Shown in pieces: positions 8,215 to 17,810 of a DNA stretch of 64,000 bases. Under the pieces are notes generated by a model that had not been told where the DNA came from, did not search any database, and saw only the letters and a list, made by a program, of their open reading frames with translations. A program made the position numbers and the translations under genes. The stretch is from contig DASZRC010000003.1 of the NCBI GenBank assembly GCA_035549315.1, positions 10,374-74,373 on the forward strand, given 5' to 3'. Numbering within the stretch: position 1 is the first letter of the stretch; the number at the start of each line of letters is the position of its first letter. The stretch is from Patescibacteria group bacterium. Its GTDB lineage: Bacteria > Patescibacteriota > Microgenomatia > Levybacterales > GWA1-39-11.

Positions 8215-9663
8215 TTAGGCGGCTATTTTTGCTCGACCTTCAGTAATTATTCTCTCCGTGATTGGAACTGCTTTACCAATGTATGTTCTTGGAGATTGTC
8301 CCATAATCTCATCTTTTAGTACATCTTTAATTGGTAGGCTATCTATTACCACTTTCCATTGGTCCCTAGATGTTATTTTAACTCCCCGAACTCTATCTTT
8401 TAGAATGTTGTATGCACCATCAACTCCTGCGACCCTAAGTCTTTGCTGAGCCCATTCGGACATTACGGCCCAATTTGAATCTAATGCCTCGCCAATTGCA
8501 TCAGTGTCAGGATAAACTGTTCTTAATCCTCTTAAAGCATTTGTGTAGGAAATTGCAGCTGTAGCATATACATTCGGGATAATATATCTTCTTAGTGCAC
8601 TATCCGAAAGATCCCTTTGAAGTCTTGATTCAGGAAGTCTATCTGCAAATATAGTAACATTACCGCTAGACAACTCTGCGTGTGCTTCACTATTTTCAAA
8701 TCTTATTGGATTTACCTTTTGTGACATTGTTGAAGAACCGATTGCACCTTTTATGACCTCCTGAGCCAACCAATCATCACTTATATATCTCCACATGTCC
8801 TGATCCATATCATGTACAACACCATTGATTCTTTGAACTATTTGAATCCTTTCAATAACATCTTCGTATGGGTTAGTCTGTGTACTAGCAGGGTTGTACT
8901 CTAAACCAAGACTTTCAACAAATTTTTGTGAGAAAGCAAGCCAGTCAACGTCTGGCTTAGTAGCTGTATGAGCAGAATGTAATCCCACTGCACCATTAAG
9001 CTTCCCCGTAAGTTTATGTTTTTTCATTTTATCTATTTCTCCTGCTACCCTACTACCAAAAACTGCAAACTCGTGTCCAAAAGTTACGGGTAAAGCGTCT
9101 TGTCCATGGGTTCTACCCATTATAGGTAATTCCTTATATTGATCTGCCTTATTAAACATGTCTTCTGCAACTCTTTTGGCAAGTGGTAAATAATTATTCT
9201 CTGTCGCTCTCTGGATATTTAATCTGAGAGCTAGATTATCAATGTCTTCTGAGGTTAGGCCAAAATGAACCATTTCTGAAAGATCTTCCAGTGAAGTTCC
9301 CGCAAATTTTTCCTTCATCCACAATATAACCGAGGCAACATCGTGATCCGTTCCTCCAGGAGACGCCTCAATCTCCTTGATTCTTTCACCATCTTTTAAT
9401 GTTAGGGATGGACCCATCCCCTCAAGTCTAACTCTCTCTTCGGGCGTCAATGTTCTTCCCGTAACTACTCCCTCATCACACAATGCAATTAAGTATCTGG
9501 CTTCAATTTCTGTACGCGTTGCCATTAAACCAAGTTCTGACGAATATTCTCTAAGCTGTTTTGTTTCTTGTGCGTACCTTCCATCAATTGGAGAAACTGC
9601 GGTCAAAGGATGAAACTCATCGAACCCTCTTTGGGAAAAACTTAATTCTCTTTCAAAAGCCAT
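8215..9663 (-). CDS. purB: Adenylosuccinate lyase
   Basis: SPIDGRY N-terminal motif, fumarate-lyase family signature region (GSSTMSQKVNP), length 482 aa. Confidence 0.8.
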   Translation of the reverse strand: MAFERELSFSQRGFDEFHPLTAVSPIDGRYAQETKQLREYSSELGLMATRTEIEARYLIALCDEGVVTGRTLTPEERVRLEGMGPSLTLKDGERIKEIEASPGGTDHDVASVILWMKEKFAGTSLEDLSEMVHFGLTSEDIDNLALRLNIQRATENNYLPLAKRVAEDMFNKADQYKELPIMGRTHGQDALPVTFGHEFAVFGSRVAGEIDKMKKHKLTGKLNGAVGLHSAHTATKPDVDWLAFSQKFVESLGLEYNPASTQTNPYEDVIERIQIVQRINGVVHDMDQDMWRYISDDWLAQEVIKGAIGSSTMSQKVNPIRFENSEAHAELSSGNVTIFADRLPESRLQRDLSDSALRRYIIPNVYATAAISYTNALRGLRTVYPDTDAIGEALDSNWAVMSEWAQQRLRVAGVDGAYNILKDRVRGVKITSRDQWKVVIDSLPIKDVLKDEIMGQSPRTYIGKAVPITERIITEGRAKIAA

Positions 9664-9710
9664 ATGAGAAGGATTATATTAAAAATGCAGGTATTTGCAA
9701 TGGGTAATGC

Positions 9711-10988
9711 TTACTTTATAAATTCGTTAATTGCTGCTTGAAGTTGATTATCTAGCCCGCTTTTTAGCTTTGCACTCTTTGAAGCATCATAAGTAACTTT
9801 GATATCTGGAGTTAAACCTTTGTGGTGAACCCATGTACCATTTGGAGTAAGCCACTTTGCAACTGAAATATGTACGCTGCCGCCACCATCGAGATCCTCT
9901 GCTTGCTGCACCGTACCTTTACCAAAAGATGTTTCTCCAAGAAGTTTTGCGCGATTATTATCTCTTAGGGCTCCTGAGACAATCTCACTTGCGGAAGCTG
10001 AACCCTTGTTGATTAAAACTATTACAGGCTCGTCTTGCAAAGTTCCGACACGTGATACATTCATTGGTTCCTGATTTCCTGTTCCATCCTCCTGAATTAC
10101 AACTGTTCCACCTTTTAGAAACTCTGACGCAATAAATACGGCGTCGCTAAGATATCCTCCCGGATTATTTCTAAGGTCCAAAACTACTCCACTCAATTTC
10201 TTTCCGGCAGCTTTTGAGTGAATTGAATTTACAACACTCTGCCATTCGTCATTGGTTTTGTCTCCAAATTGAGAAAGCCTAATATAGGCAACGGGCTTAC
10301 CGCTTGCGTCTTCGCTGCAGTTTCCATCATTACATGAGAAATTCTTGACCCATCCGGTTACACTTTTTACTACTATAGTATCGCGGTTTATTTTTACATC
10401 AAAAGGAGTTTTGCTCTTTTCATGAAGCACAGTTAGCATTACGGGTGTACCTTTTGGTCCGCGAATATTATCAACTGCTTTTGAGACATCCCAACCGGCA
10501 GTTGTCTCTCCATTTACCTTTAGAATCATATCTCCTGCTTTAATACCGGCTTTTTGAGCTGGTGAATCATCAAGCGGGGAAATGACTGTAATTATGTTAT
10601 CGGAATTAACAGAAAGCTCTGCCCCAATACCAGAGAATTCTCCGGCCATAGTGGTTTTGAAAGCGGTGTTTTGTTGAGGTGGGAAGAAGGATGTATATGG
10701 ATCATCAAGAGATGACAACATTCCGCTTATTGCCCCATACTCTATCTTTTTTGCATCAAGCTTTGATTTATCATAATAGCTTTCGTTAACTCTGGCTAAT
10801 ACGTCATAAAAAAGCTTCATGTCCAGGTTTTCTCCGGGAGGAGGATTTTTGGAAGTAACGGATAATATTGGCTTGTAGTTTTTGAGTGCAAAATTAACTT
10901 TGCTTGATCCAGCGAGGTAACCTATTACGGCAGATATTAAGACTATAAGAATTATTTGAAAACCCCTAAGGTTAATTACTTTTTTCAT
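9711..10988 (-). CDS. Carboxyl-terminal processing protease (S41, Ctp/Prc) with PDZ domain and N-terminal membrane anchor
   Basis: S41 family layout: PDZ segment (GDMILKVNGE), catalytic region (FGKGTVQ), N-terminal TM helix. Confidence 0.8.
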   Translation of the reverse strand: MKKVINLRGFQIILIVLISAVIGYLAGSSKVNFALKNYKPILSVTSKNPPPGENLDMKLFYDVLARVNESYYDKSKLDAKKIEYGAISGMLSSLDDPYTSFFPPQQNTAFKTTMAGEFSGIGAELSVNSDNIITVISPLDDSPAQKAGIKAGDMILKVNGETTAGWDVSKAVDNIRGPKGTPVMLTVLHEKSKTPFDVKINRDTIVVKSVTGWVKNFSCNDGNCSEDASGKPVAYIRLSQFGDKTNDEWQSVVNSIHSKAAGKKLSGVVLDLRNNPGGYLSDAVFIASEFLKGGTVVIQEDGTGNQEPMNVSRVGTLQDEPVIVLINKGSASASEIVSGALRDNNRAKLLGETSFGKGTVQQAEDLDGGGSVHISVAKWLTPNGTWVHHKGLTPDIKVTYDASKSAKLKSGLDNQLQAAINEFIK

Positions 10989-11039
10989 GGGAAAATCTTC
11001 AGTTTGGGCAGAAAATTTTGGGCATTTGGGGACAAATGC

Positions 11040-11291
11040 TTATTCTGGTCTAACCACAAAAGGAAGAAACGCAAGATATCTAGCTCTTTTCACTTCAGTT
11101 GTAAGTTTTCTTTGATGTTTGCTACAAATTCCTGTTCTAACACGTGAGTGAATCTTTCCACGTTCCGATGTGTACTTTGAAAGCACATCAAACTCTAAAA
11201 AGCTTGGGTTCTTTTTTTCTTTACAGAAAAAACACTCCCCTACTACTTTTTCCGGTCTTCTTTTTCTTGTTATGTTTTTTTTATCTGCCAT
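11040..11291 (-). CDS. rpsR: 30S ribosomal protein S18
   Basis: KYTSERGKIHSRVRTGICSKHQRKLTTEVKRARYLAFLPF matches the S18 core. Lies in the rpsF-ssb-rpsR operon. Confidence 0.9.
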   Translation of the reverse strand: MADKKNITRKRRPEKVVGECFFCKEKKNPSFLEFDVLSKYTSERGKIHSRVRTGICSKHQRKLTTEVKRARYLAFLPFVVRPE

Positions 11292-11355
11292 ATAATTTTA
11301 TGTTTATTTGTATTTCGCTTTTCGCAATTCGTTAATACGAACTACGATTAACTTT

Positions 11356-11853
11356 TTAGAAAGGGATGTCGTCCGGATTTACTTCTGGACTTTCTTCCTC
11401 AGTCTTTTTTGGACTTTCACTTGCCTTAGCTTTCTTAATAGGCTTAGAAGCTTCTGCTTCCATTGGTAAGTCCTCATCTACAAAATCTGCTGTCTTTTCC
11501 GCTTCTTCTCCCTGATCACGTCTGTTATCAAGAATAATCATATCATTGATTACAATTTCTGTTACAGACTTTTGTGCTCCGTCTTGTCCTGTCCAGCTTC
11601 TGTTAGCAAGTCTTCCTTCAACGTAAATCTTTCTTCCCTTTGTCAAAAGCTGTGAACAAAGTTCTGCTAACTTGTTCCAAGCAACGATTCTGTGAAATTC
11701 TGCTTCTTCCTTCTTTTCTCCCGAATCTGTAACCCAACCTCTATTTGTTGCAATTCCAAAAGTACAAACTGCAGTACCCTGCGGAGTGTATCTCAACTCT
11801 GGATCCCGCGTTAGATTACCTATTAACTCAACCTTATTTAAACTTCTTGCCAT
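11356..11853 (-). CDS. ssb: Single-stranded DNA-binding protein
   Basis: OB-fold N-terminus (VELIGNLTRDPELRYTPQG) and the acidic C-terminal tail ending DDIPF. Confidence 0.9.
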   Translation of the reverse strand: MARSLNKVELIGNLTRDPELRYTPQGTAVCTFGIATNRGWVTDSGEKKEEAEFHRIVAWNKLAELCSQLLTKGRKIYVEGRLANRSWTGQDGAQKSVTEIVINDMIILDNRRDQGEEAEKTADFVDEDLPMEAEASKPIKKAKASESPKKTEEESPEVNPDDIPF

Positions 11854-11855
11854 TT

Positions 11856-12131
11856 TTAATTAGTACGAACCAAAAGGTGACGCAAAATTTCATCTTTTAT
11901 TAAAAGCTTCTTGTTATAGTCTGAAGTTACATTGTCTGTTGCAAAATTTATTACAACATATTCCCCACTTCTCTGACTTTTAATTGGGTAAGCAAGCTTT
12001 TTTTCACCAATAGACTCTACTTTGTCCTCTTTGACATCTCCCATTATTTTCTTAACTTCGTCAAAAAGTTTGTCCTTTTGGTCTTTCTTTAAATCTGATT
12101 TTAACAACAAAACTAACTGATAATTTCTCAT
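11856..12131 (-). CDS. rpsF: 30S ribosomal protein S6 (start trimmed to MRNYQLV)
   Basis: MRNYQLVLLLKSDL is the typical S6 N-terminus. Operon context with ssb and rpsR. Confidence 0.85.
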   Translation of the reverse strand: MRNYQLVLLLKSDLKKDQKDKLFDEVKKIMGDVKEDKVESIGEKKLAYPIKSQRSGEYVVINFATDNVTSDYNKKLLIKDEILRHLLVRTN

Positions 12132-12186
12132 TGGTTCTCGTAATGATACAAAATTAAGCCTCAAATTACAATAGTTAAATGGAATT

Positions 12187-13314
12187 TTACTGCGTGGATT
12201 GAGCTAATGTTGCTTTTAGGTCAATAGACTTGTCATCCCTAAAAACCTTTATATCAACCGTTTGTCCAACCTTTTTATTATTAATTATTGCGGCAAGACT
12301 TTTTGTATCATCTATTTTTTCTCCATCAATTTGCGTAATAATATCATCCCGCTGAACTCCAGCCTTCTCTGCGGGTGAACCTTCAACTACATCTCTTACA
12401 AGTGCCCCTTCATGTAAATCATTTGCCGCAGCTTGCTCTTTGTCTATTAATACGTAAGACACTCCCAAGAAAGCCCTGTTAAACTGTCCTGTTTTGTTGA
12501 ATGAGTCCAAAGATTGCTTAACCAGGTTAATAGGAATAGCAAAGCCAATGTTTTGCCCCTGTGATGCAACGGCCGTATTAATACCAATAACTTGTCCTGC
12601 AGAATTAAGAAGAGGCCCACCGGAATTACCCGGGTTAATTGCCGCGTCTGTTTGGATTACATTATCCAATTGCTCTACAAACCCTTCCATGGGAGAACCG
12701 GCATTAATTCCACGGCCAAGACCTGAAATAACTCCTGTTGTAACGGTATTTCTAAATTCTCCAAGAGCCGTACCAATTGCTATAGCAAATTGTCCAACTT
12801 GAAGCTTGTCCGAATCCCCAAAGGCAATTGGCTTTAAGCCTTCTTTTGGCGGATTTGAAATTTTAAGTATTGCTAAATCATTTAGAGGATCGCGATAAAT
12901 GTTTCCAATACTATATTTATTGCCTTTGGAATCTACAACTACATAAGTAACCCCCTGCTCGCTCACTACGTGCTTATTGGTGACTACCAAACCATCTTTT
13001 GAAACTATAAATCCGCTTCCTATATAGTCTTCTTCTTGTTTTCCTATTGTTGGGGTTGGTTCTTGGAAGAAAAATGAAAATGGACTATTCTCTTGTGAGG
13101 CTCTATCGCTAGTTTTAACTCCAACTGTAATTACAGATGGACCAACATTTTTTACTACATCTATTACATCCGACTGCTCTTTTACAAAAGGCGAGACGGT
13201 GTTAATAGAAGGCACAGATTGTTTATTTAGGAGTGCTGGTGCGTAATTTGTAAACGCCTCCCAAATAGCAAGAATAACTGCCAAAATTACTACAAATATT
13301 ATTAATCTACGCAT
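12187..13314 (-). CDS. htrA: HtrA/DegP-family serine protease (trypsin-like S1C with C-terminal PDZ)
   Basis: Catalytic triad context (GNSGGPLLN), N-terminal TM anchor, C-terminal PDZ segment. Confidence 0.85.
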   Translation of the reverse strand: MRRLIIFVVILAVILAIWEAFTNYAPALLNKQSVPSINTVSPFVKEQSDVIDVVKNVGPSVITVGVKTSDRASQENSPFSFFFQEPTPTIGKQEEDYIGSGFIVSKDGLVVTNKHVVSEQGVTYVVVDSKGNKYSIGNIYRDPLNDLAILKISNPPKEGLKPIAFGDSDKLQVGQFAIAIGTALGEFRNTVTTGVISGLGRGINAGSPMEGFVEQLDNVIQTDAAINPGNSGGPLLNSAGQVIGINTAVASQGQNIGFAIPINLVKQSLDSFNKTGQFNRAFLGVSYVLIDKEQAAANDLHEGALVRDVVEGSPAEKAGVQRDDIITQIDGEKIDDTKSLAAIINNKKVGQTVDIKVFRDDKSIDLKATLAQSTQ

Positions 13315-13401
13315 GGAAAAATATTCTAGTACATTGTTTTATGACTGTCAAACATAATAAAAAATGTTGCGAGCTTGCGGTTGGTAAGCTAAACTTTTAT
13401 T

Positions 13402-13956
13402 ATGTCTTCAAAACCAATAGTAAGAAAAGTTGTAGAGGAAGTAGCTGAAAAACCGCTGAAAGCCGTGGCTGAGGAAGGCGGAAAACAACTAAAAGCTGCA
13501 AGCCGCGACTTTGTTCAACAGCTGTTTGGAACTACTGATTTATCTGATAGCGATGTTGTCCAAAGAAGAATGGAGGACAAAGTGGCTGCTTCCCAAAACA
13601 TTGACTACATTCATAGAGAATTGGGAATGATGTCCGGGAAAAAAACCGAAACAATAAACCAACAAAACAAACAACAGTCAAATGAACTGTTAAAACGAGA
13701 ACTACATCGTGAACAGGTGGCAGAGGTTGTAGATAACAAAAGAAAAGGACCAACCCAACAAGAAATCGACAGAAGACGCCTGGAAGATTTGGAAAATGAA
13801 AAGAAAAATATAAACCTACAAAGGAAACAGGCAATGATGGCTCCGGTTGAAGCCCCAATGGGAAGAAAAACCGGAATGCCAAAAAGAAAATCTGCTCCCC
13901 ACCGCATGCAACCTCCAAAAACTAGTGAAAACAAAGCCGGCAGCTCTAGAGAATAA
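13402..13956 (+). CDS. Hypothetical low-complexity K/E/Q-rich protein
   Basis: ORF with strongly charged, coiled-coil-like composition. No family recognised. Confidence 0.4.
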   Translation: MSSKPIVRKVVEEVAEKPLKAVAEEGGKQLKAASRDFVQQLFGTTDLSDSDVVQRRMEDKVAASQNIDYIHRELGMMSGKKTETINQQNKQQSNELLKRELHREQVAEVVDNKRKGPTQQEIDRRRLEDLENEKKNINLQRKQAMMAPVEAPMGRKTGMPKRKSAPHRMQPPKTSENKAGSSRE

Positions 13957-13970
13957 TATTAGGCACAAAT

Positions 13971-13999
13971 TTGACAAAAGATTGATCTTTTGGCATAAT
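13971..13999 (+). promoter_or_regulatory. Sigma70-like promoter TTGACA-N17-CATAAT
   Basis: TTGACA at 13971-13976, exact 17-nt spacer, CATAAT at 13994-13999. Confidence 0.5.
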
Positions 14000-14106
14000 C
14001 AAAATCGTGAAAAGCAAATCTACTTTAAACCATTGGTATCACATCGTCTCCAAGGCGGCTGTGATTTTTGTGGTCTAAAATAGCAAATTAATTTCACAAA
14101 TAGCAA

Positions 14107-14128
14107 CCGCCGAAAGGGCGGTTTTTTT
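14107..14128 (+). terminator. Intrinsic terminator (CCGCC-GAAA-GGCGG hairpin plus T7) ending 19 nt before the aminotransferase ATG
   Basis: Perfect GC-rich stem, GNRA-like loop, TTTTTTT tract. Only functional on the + strand. Confidence 0.7.
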
Positions 14129-14146
14129 GTGGCAAAAAAGATAAAT

Positions 14147-15229
14147 ATGAAAATTTCGAACAAATTTAAACAATTTATGGAATCTAATCAGCAAATGTAC
14201 TGGATGCAGGACAGAAATGATATGGAGATAGATCTCTCACTTAGCGAAAACCCGCTAGGCTGCTCTCCTATGGTTAGAGATGCTCTATCTGAATCCAATG
14301 GCATAAATCACTATCCAGATCCGACAAACTCTAAATTAAAAACTAAATTGGCTGAAGAATTTTTACTGAACAAAGCAAATATAGCCATTGGGAATGGTAT
14401 AGGCCCCATTTTTGATGCCATTTGCAGAATAATTCTCGATGAAGGTGAAAACGTGATTATTCCACAACTTACTTTCCCTCTTATTGAACAATTAGTGAGG
14501 CTTAATTCTGGTAAACCCAAATTAATTCCCATGAAGTTAGATCTGACAACAAATTTGGAAACGATAGAAAGAGGAATAGATAAGAAAACTAAAGCTGTAT
14601 GCCTATGTAATCCCAATAACCCTACCGGAGAAGTGATATCAAGCAAAAAACTTATTAATTTGGCAAAGAAAATTTCACCCCTACTTTTAATCGTGGATGA
14701 GGCCAATATAGATTTTGGAGGCAAGAGCATTATCAACAGCATAAAATCTCAAAACAATATTGTTGTGTTAAGAACTTTCTCTAAAGGCTTTGGACTAGCC
14801 GGATTAAGAATCGCATTTATGGCTGCCCAAGAAGATATAGTGGATATGGTTGAAGAAATATTGATTTCATCCGAAATGAGCTCCGTTTCTCAATTGGCAG
14901 CTTTAACTGCTTTATGTGACAGAAAATTTCTATATGCAACTAGAGAATTTGTAAAACAAGAAAGAAAGTTTTTAGTTGATGAATTAACTTCTAGAGGCTT
15001 TGAGGTTGTTCCCGGCAAAGCTCTAAATATTCTAGTGAAAGTTAACGATTTCTTTTCCTCCTCTTCTTTACTATGCACTGAGTTGGAAAAAAGAGGTGTA
15101 AAAACTGTGAATGGAAATTGCTTTCAGGGGCTAGGAGAAAATTTTTTGAGAATATCCCCTCGTACAAGAGAAATAAATTTACTATTTTTAAAAGTTCTGG
15201 ATGAATTGTTAGAAAGGAGTTCAAATTAA
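14147..15229 (+). CDS. Class I/II (HisC-family) PLP-dependent aminotransferase; start moved from GTG 14129 to ATG 14147
   Basis: LSLSENPLGCSP (the HisC N-terminal motif), NPNNPTG, and FSKGFGLAGLRIAF containing the PLP-binding Lys. Confidence 0.75.
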   Translation: MKISNKFKQFMESNQQMYWMQDRNDMEIDLSLSENPLGCSPMVRDALSESNGINHYPDPTNSKLKTKLAEEFLLNKANIAIGNGIGPIFDAICRIILDEGENVIIPQLTFPLIEQLVRLNSGKPKLIPMKLDLTTNLETIERGIDKKTKAVCLCNPNNPTGEVISSKKLINLAKKISPLLLIVDEANIDFGGKSIINSIKSQNNIVVLRTFSKGFGLAGLRIAFMAAQEDIVDMVEEILISSEMSSVSQLAALTALCDRKFLYATREFVKQERKFLVDELTSRGFEVVPGKALNILVKVNDFFSSSSLLCTELEKRGVKTVNGNCFQGLGENFLRISPRTREINLLFLKVLDELLERSSN

Positions 15230-15230
15230 A

Positions 15231-16700
15231 ATGCTTGAACAATTTCAAAATATTGAAAACAGACAGAATACTTCATTAATAAATGAGTGGATTAACACTT
15301 CTTTACCATTTATACAAAGAAGGGACCAAATGGTAAGAGATTTGCAACAAGGGTTAGTGGAAATGGACGGATCTGACATAGTTTTTACTAGCGGACTTAG
15401 GGCGCCTAAATACCTTGCAAAAACAATGATGCTATGGGCAAATGAAGGTCCGCTATTTTTAGGATCATACTGCCACCCGGAACAATTTGATCTTTATACT
15501 GCAACCGCGTCTATTAATGCATCTCTGTTTTTAAAACAGTTAGCAACAAGAGGTAGAACGGTAGATAGACACGAAATGGCTGAAAATTGGTATGAAACGG
15601 TTGCTCTTGATAGAACGCTCACTACCCCATTTAGCTATGGCGATATATTTGGTGTAAAAAATGATTTTCTTGGACTTGGGGGTGTTAAATATGGAACTGA
15701 ACCATTATCCATAGAGGATCAGCAAGATCTTCTTGAACAAACCGACTGCATGGAGATAAGCACATCTATTGTAGGGAGACTATCGACTGAAATACTTAAC
15801 GAGCAAAATACAATAGGGCTTAATAGGCCACAGAAAAAAATGCAACAAGAAGCAATAGCATCACTTGTTTCTTCTAGACTCCAAGAAATAAAAGATTTAG
15901 CTGCTTCTTCACTTGAAGGAGTTGCTGGACAAAACCCAAGAATAGACGACTTCCTAATGATATTTGAACAAAAGTTTTTTGGAAAAATTATTAAAACCCA
16001 ACCTATTCCTTTAGAACCCAGGTTATCAGATATAGTTGGGATAGAAAGCACACTCTTCTCTAATAATCGCAGGCACCTCAGTTTAATTTTTAAGACTCTG
16101 GAAATTCTAAATAACGAATTTGGCCCTCAAATATTTAAAAAACTTATTGAGTCATCTAGCGAAGGGCTGTTTTTTGGCAATCTAAACGGAAGAGAAACCG
16201 ATATTACCGTAGCCGATGATACAAAAGAGTTTATTCTAAGAGATAGAAAAACCGGAGCAATGGGGACAATATTAAGCGATGATAGCATGATAGGTTTTGT
16301 TAGGGACAATAATTTTCTCCCCTTGGCCAAATCCGAGATGCTTGCCGTTGCAAGCGGTGCTACAACTTTACATATGGGATCGGAACACGGAAATAGAGAA
16401 AAAGTTCTAGATGCTCTAGGCATAAATAAAGATCAATATTTTGAATTTAGATCATTTATGAATGGTATGAGAGTAGGTCAAGATTTGGAGCAGGGACACC
16501 CCGTAATAAAAATAGAAGGTGTAGCTAGATTTATCTCACCAATTCTCCTATATGCACTTTTGGGAAAAGACTTTCTTAGATCAAGAATTTTAGCCAAATC
16601 TGGAACACGAGATGAGTCTGACATATTCACAAATAAGGAGTTTAGAGTTTTTTGTGCAAAAGAGTTAGTAAAATTGACAACTCCCACTGATTTAATATGA
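15231..16700 (+). CDS. Hypothetical protein (489 aa), operon member with no recognisable family
   Basis: Long ORF tightly packed between the aminotransferase (2-nt gap) and the M29 peptidase (ATGA overlap). Confidence 0.55.
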   Translation: MLEQFQNIENRQNTSLINEWINTSLPFIQRRDQMVRDLQQGLVEMDGSDIVFTSGLRAPKYLAKTMMLWANEGPLFLGSYCHPEQFDLYTATASINASLFLKQLATRGRTVDRHEMAENWYETVALDRTLTTPFSYGDIFGVKNDFLGLGGVKYGTEPLSIEDQQDLLEQTDCMEISTSIVGRLSTEILNEQNTIGLNRPQKKMQQEAIASLVSSRLQEIKDLAASSLEGVAGQNPRIDDFLMIFEQKFFGKIIKTQPIPLEPRLSDIVGIESTLFSNNRRHLSLIFKTLEILNNEFGPQIFKKLIESSSEGLFFGNLNGRETDITVADDTKEFILRDRKTGAMGTILSDDSMIGFVRDNNFLPLAKSEMLAVASGATTLHMGSEHGNREKVLDALGINKDQYFEFRSFMNGMRVGQDLEQGHPVIKIEGVARFISPILLYALLGKDFLRSRILAKSGTRDESDIFTNKEFRVFCAKELVKLTTPTDLI

Positions 16701-17809
16701 ATAAAACAAAAAAAATATTAACTAATTTCCTTAAAAATATAGCAAAAATTCATTATGGGAATAGTGTTTTAATTATATCCTCTTTGGGAAAAGGGAATAA
16801 CAATGGATATGAAATCGGAAAAGCCATCTTTGAAGTTTGTGAACATATAGGGTGTAAAGTAAATTTGGTTGTTCAAACACCTCGCCTTTTCTCAAAACCC
16901 ATGGATCATATAGTCCGAAACAGCATGATGGAAAACTACGATATAGTTTTTCAGACAGATGTTGATAAATTAGGACACGATCCTATCGGTGCAGCCACAC
17001 CATATTTAATAGGAAAAAATAAATACACAAATATTCTTTATTACCGAAAAGCCAAAAAAGAAATCACTGCATATTGGTTTGACGTATCAGATATCGACAA
17101 ATGGCTAAATTCTATTGATATTGACTATGAAGAAATGGGAAAGCTGTCTATAGATCTTGAAGAAAAGCTTAAAAAAACAAAATATATTCGCGTAATTAGT
17201 GATGGAGGGAAAAATCAACTTAAATTAAAGGTAGATAGAACAAACTTTCCTCGATCTGATTATAGCCCTAAGCGGTCCATAAAAGGCGCTGGAGGCAATA
17301 TTCCATTCGGAGAGACACTTATAACTCCCGATAATTCTTTTGCAACGGGAAGTTTGGTTGTGGATGGAAGCTTCTACAATGAGCTGGAAGAAAATACCGT
17401 AATAGTAGAAACACCAATAACATTGTCATTCAGAAATGGCAAGTTATCCGAAATAAAAGGAGATAAAGAAGCAGAAACACTTACGCATATACTTAAAACA
17501 GTTAAAAAACAAACCGTTAGAATGGCGATAAAAAATAAACACATTACCAAAAACTATCTTAATAACATCTACGGGATAAATGAATTTGCTATAGGAACAA
17601 ACAAAAATGCAACCATATCCGGCGATCTAGTTATTGATGAAAAAACATATGGCACAGCACACATAGCACTTGGCAGAAGCTATGATGGTGATCCTGCTTT
17701 TTTACATTGTGATCTTATTGTAAAAAAGCCTAAAATTATTTTTGAATATTACTCAGGTAAAAGTGAAATAATCGTTAATGAAAACGTAATACTACCCACA
17801 CAAACTTGA
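16697..17809 (+). CDS. Aminopeptidase, M29 (AmpS/aminopeptidase T) family
   Basis: GGNIPFGETLITP, EFAIGTN...DEKTYGTAHIALGRSY and HCDLIV match the conserved M29 metal-binding blocks. Confidence 0.65.
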   Translation: MNKTKKILTNFLKNIAKIHYGNSVLIISSLGKGNNNGYEIGKAIFEVCEHIGCKVNLVVQTPRLFSKPMDHIVRNSMMENYDIVFQTDVDKLGHDPIGAATPYLIGKNKYTNILYYRKAKKEITAYWFDVSDIDKWLNSIDIDYEEMGKLSIDLEEKLKKTKYIRVISDGGKNQLKLKVDRTNFPRSDYSPKRSIKGAGGNIPFGETLITPDNSFATGSLVVDGSFYNELEENTVIVETPITLSFRNGKLSEIKGDKEAETLTHILKTVKKQTVRMAIKNKHITKNYLNNIYGINEFAIGTNKNATISGDLVIDEKTYGTAHIALGRSYDGDPAFLHCDLIVKKPKIIFEYYSGKSEIIVNENVILPTQT

Positions 17810-17810
17810 T

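Noticed and set aside
13957-14146. SRP (4.5S), 6S or tmRNA gene in the structured intergenic region.
   Set aside because: No GGAAG/AGCAGC SRP domain-IV motif was found, and the region is too short for 6S, tmRNA or RNase P. It is retained only as a candidate leader or sRNA.
14129-14146. GTG start at 14129 for the aminotransferase, as in the ORF track.
   Set aside because: The GTG overlaps the terminator U-tract. The ATG at 14147 (MKISNKF...) is the more plausible start.
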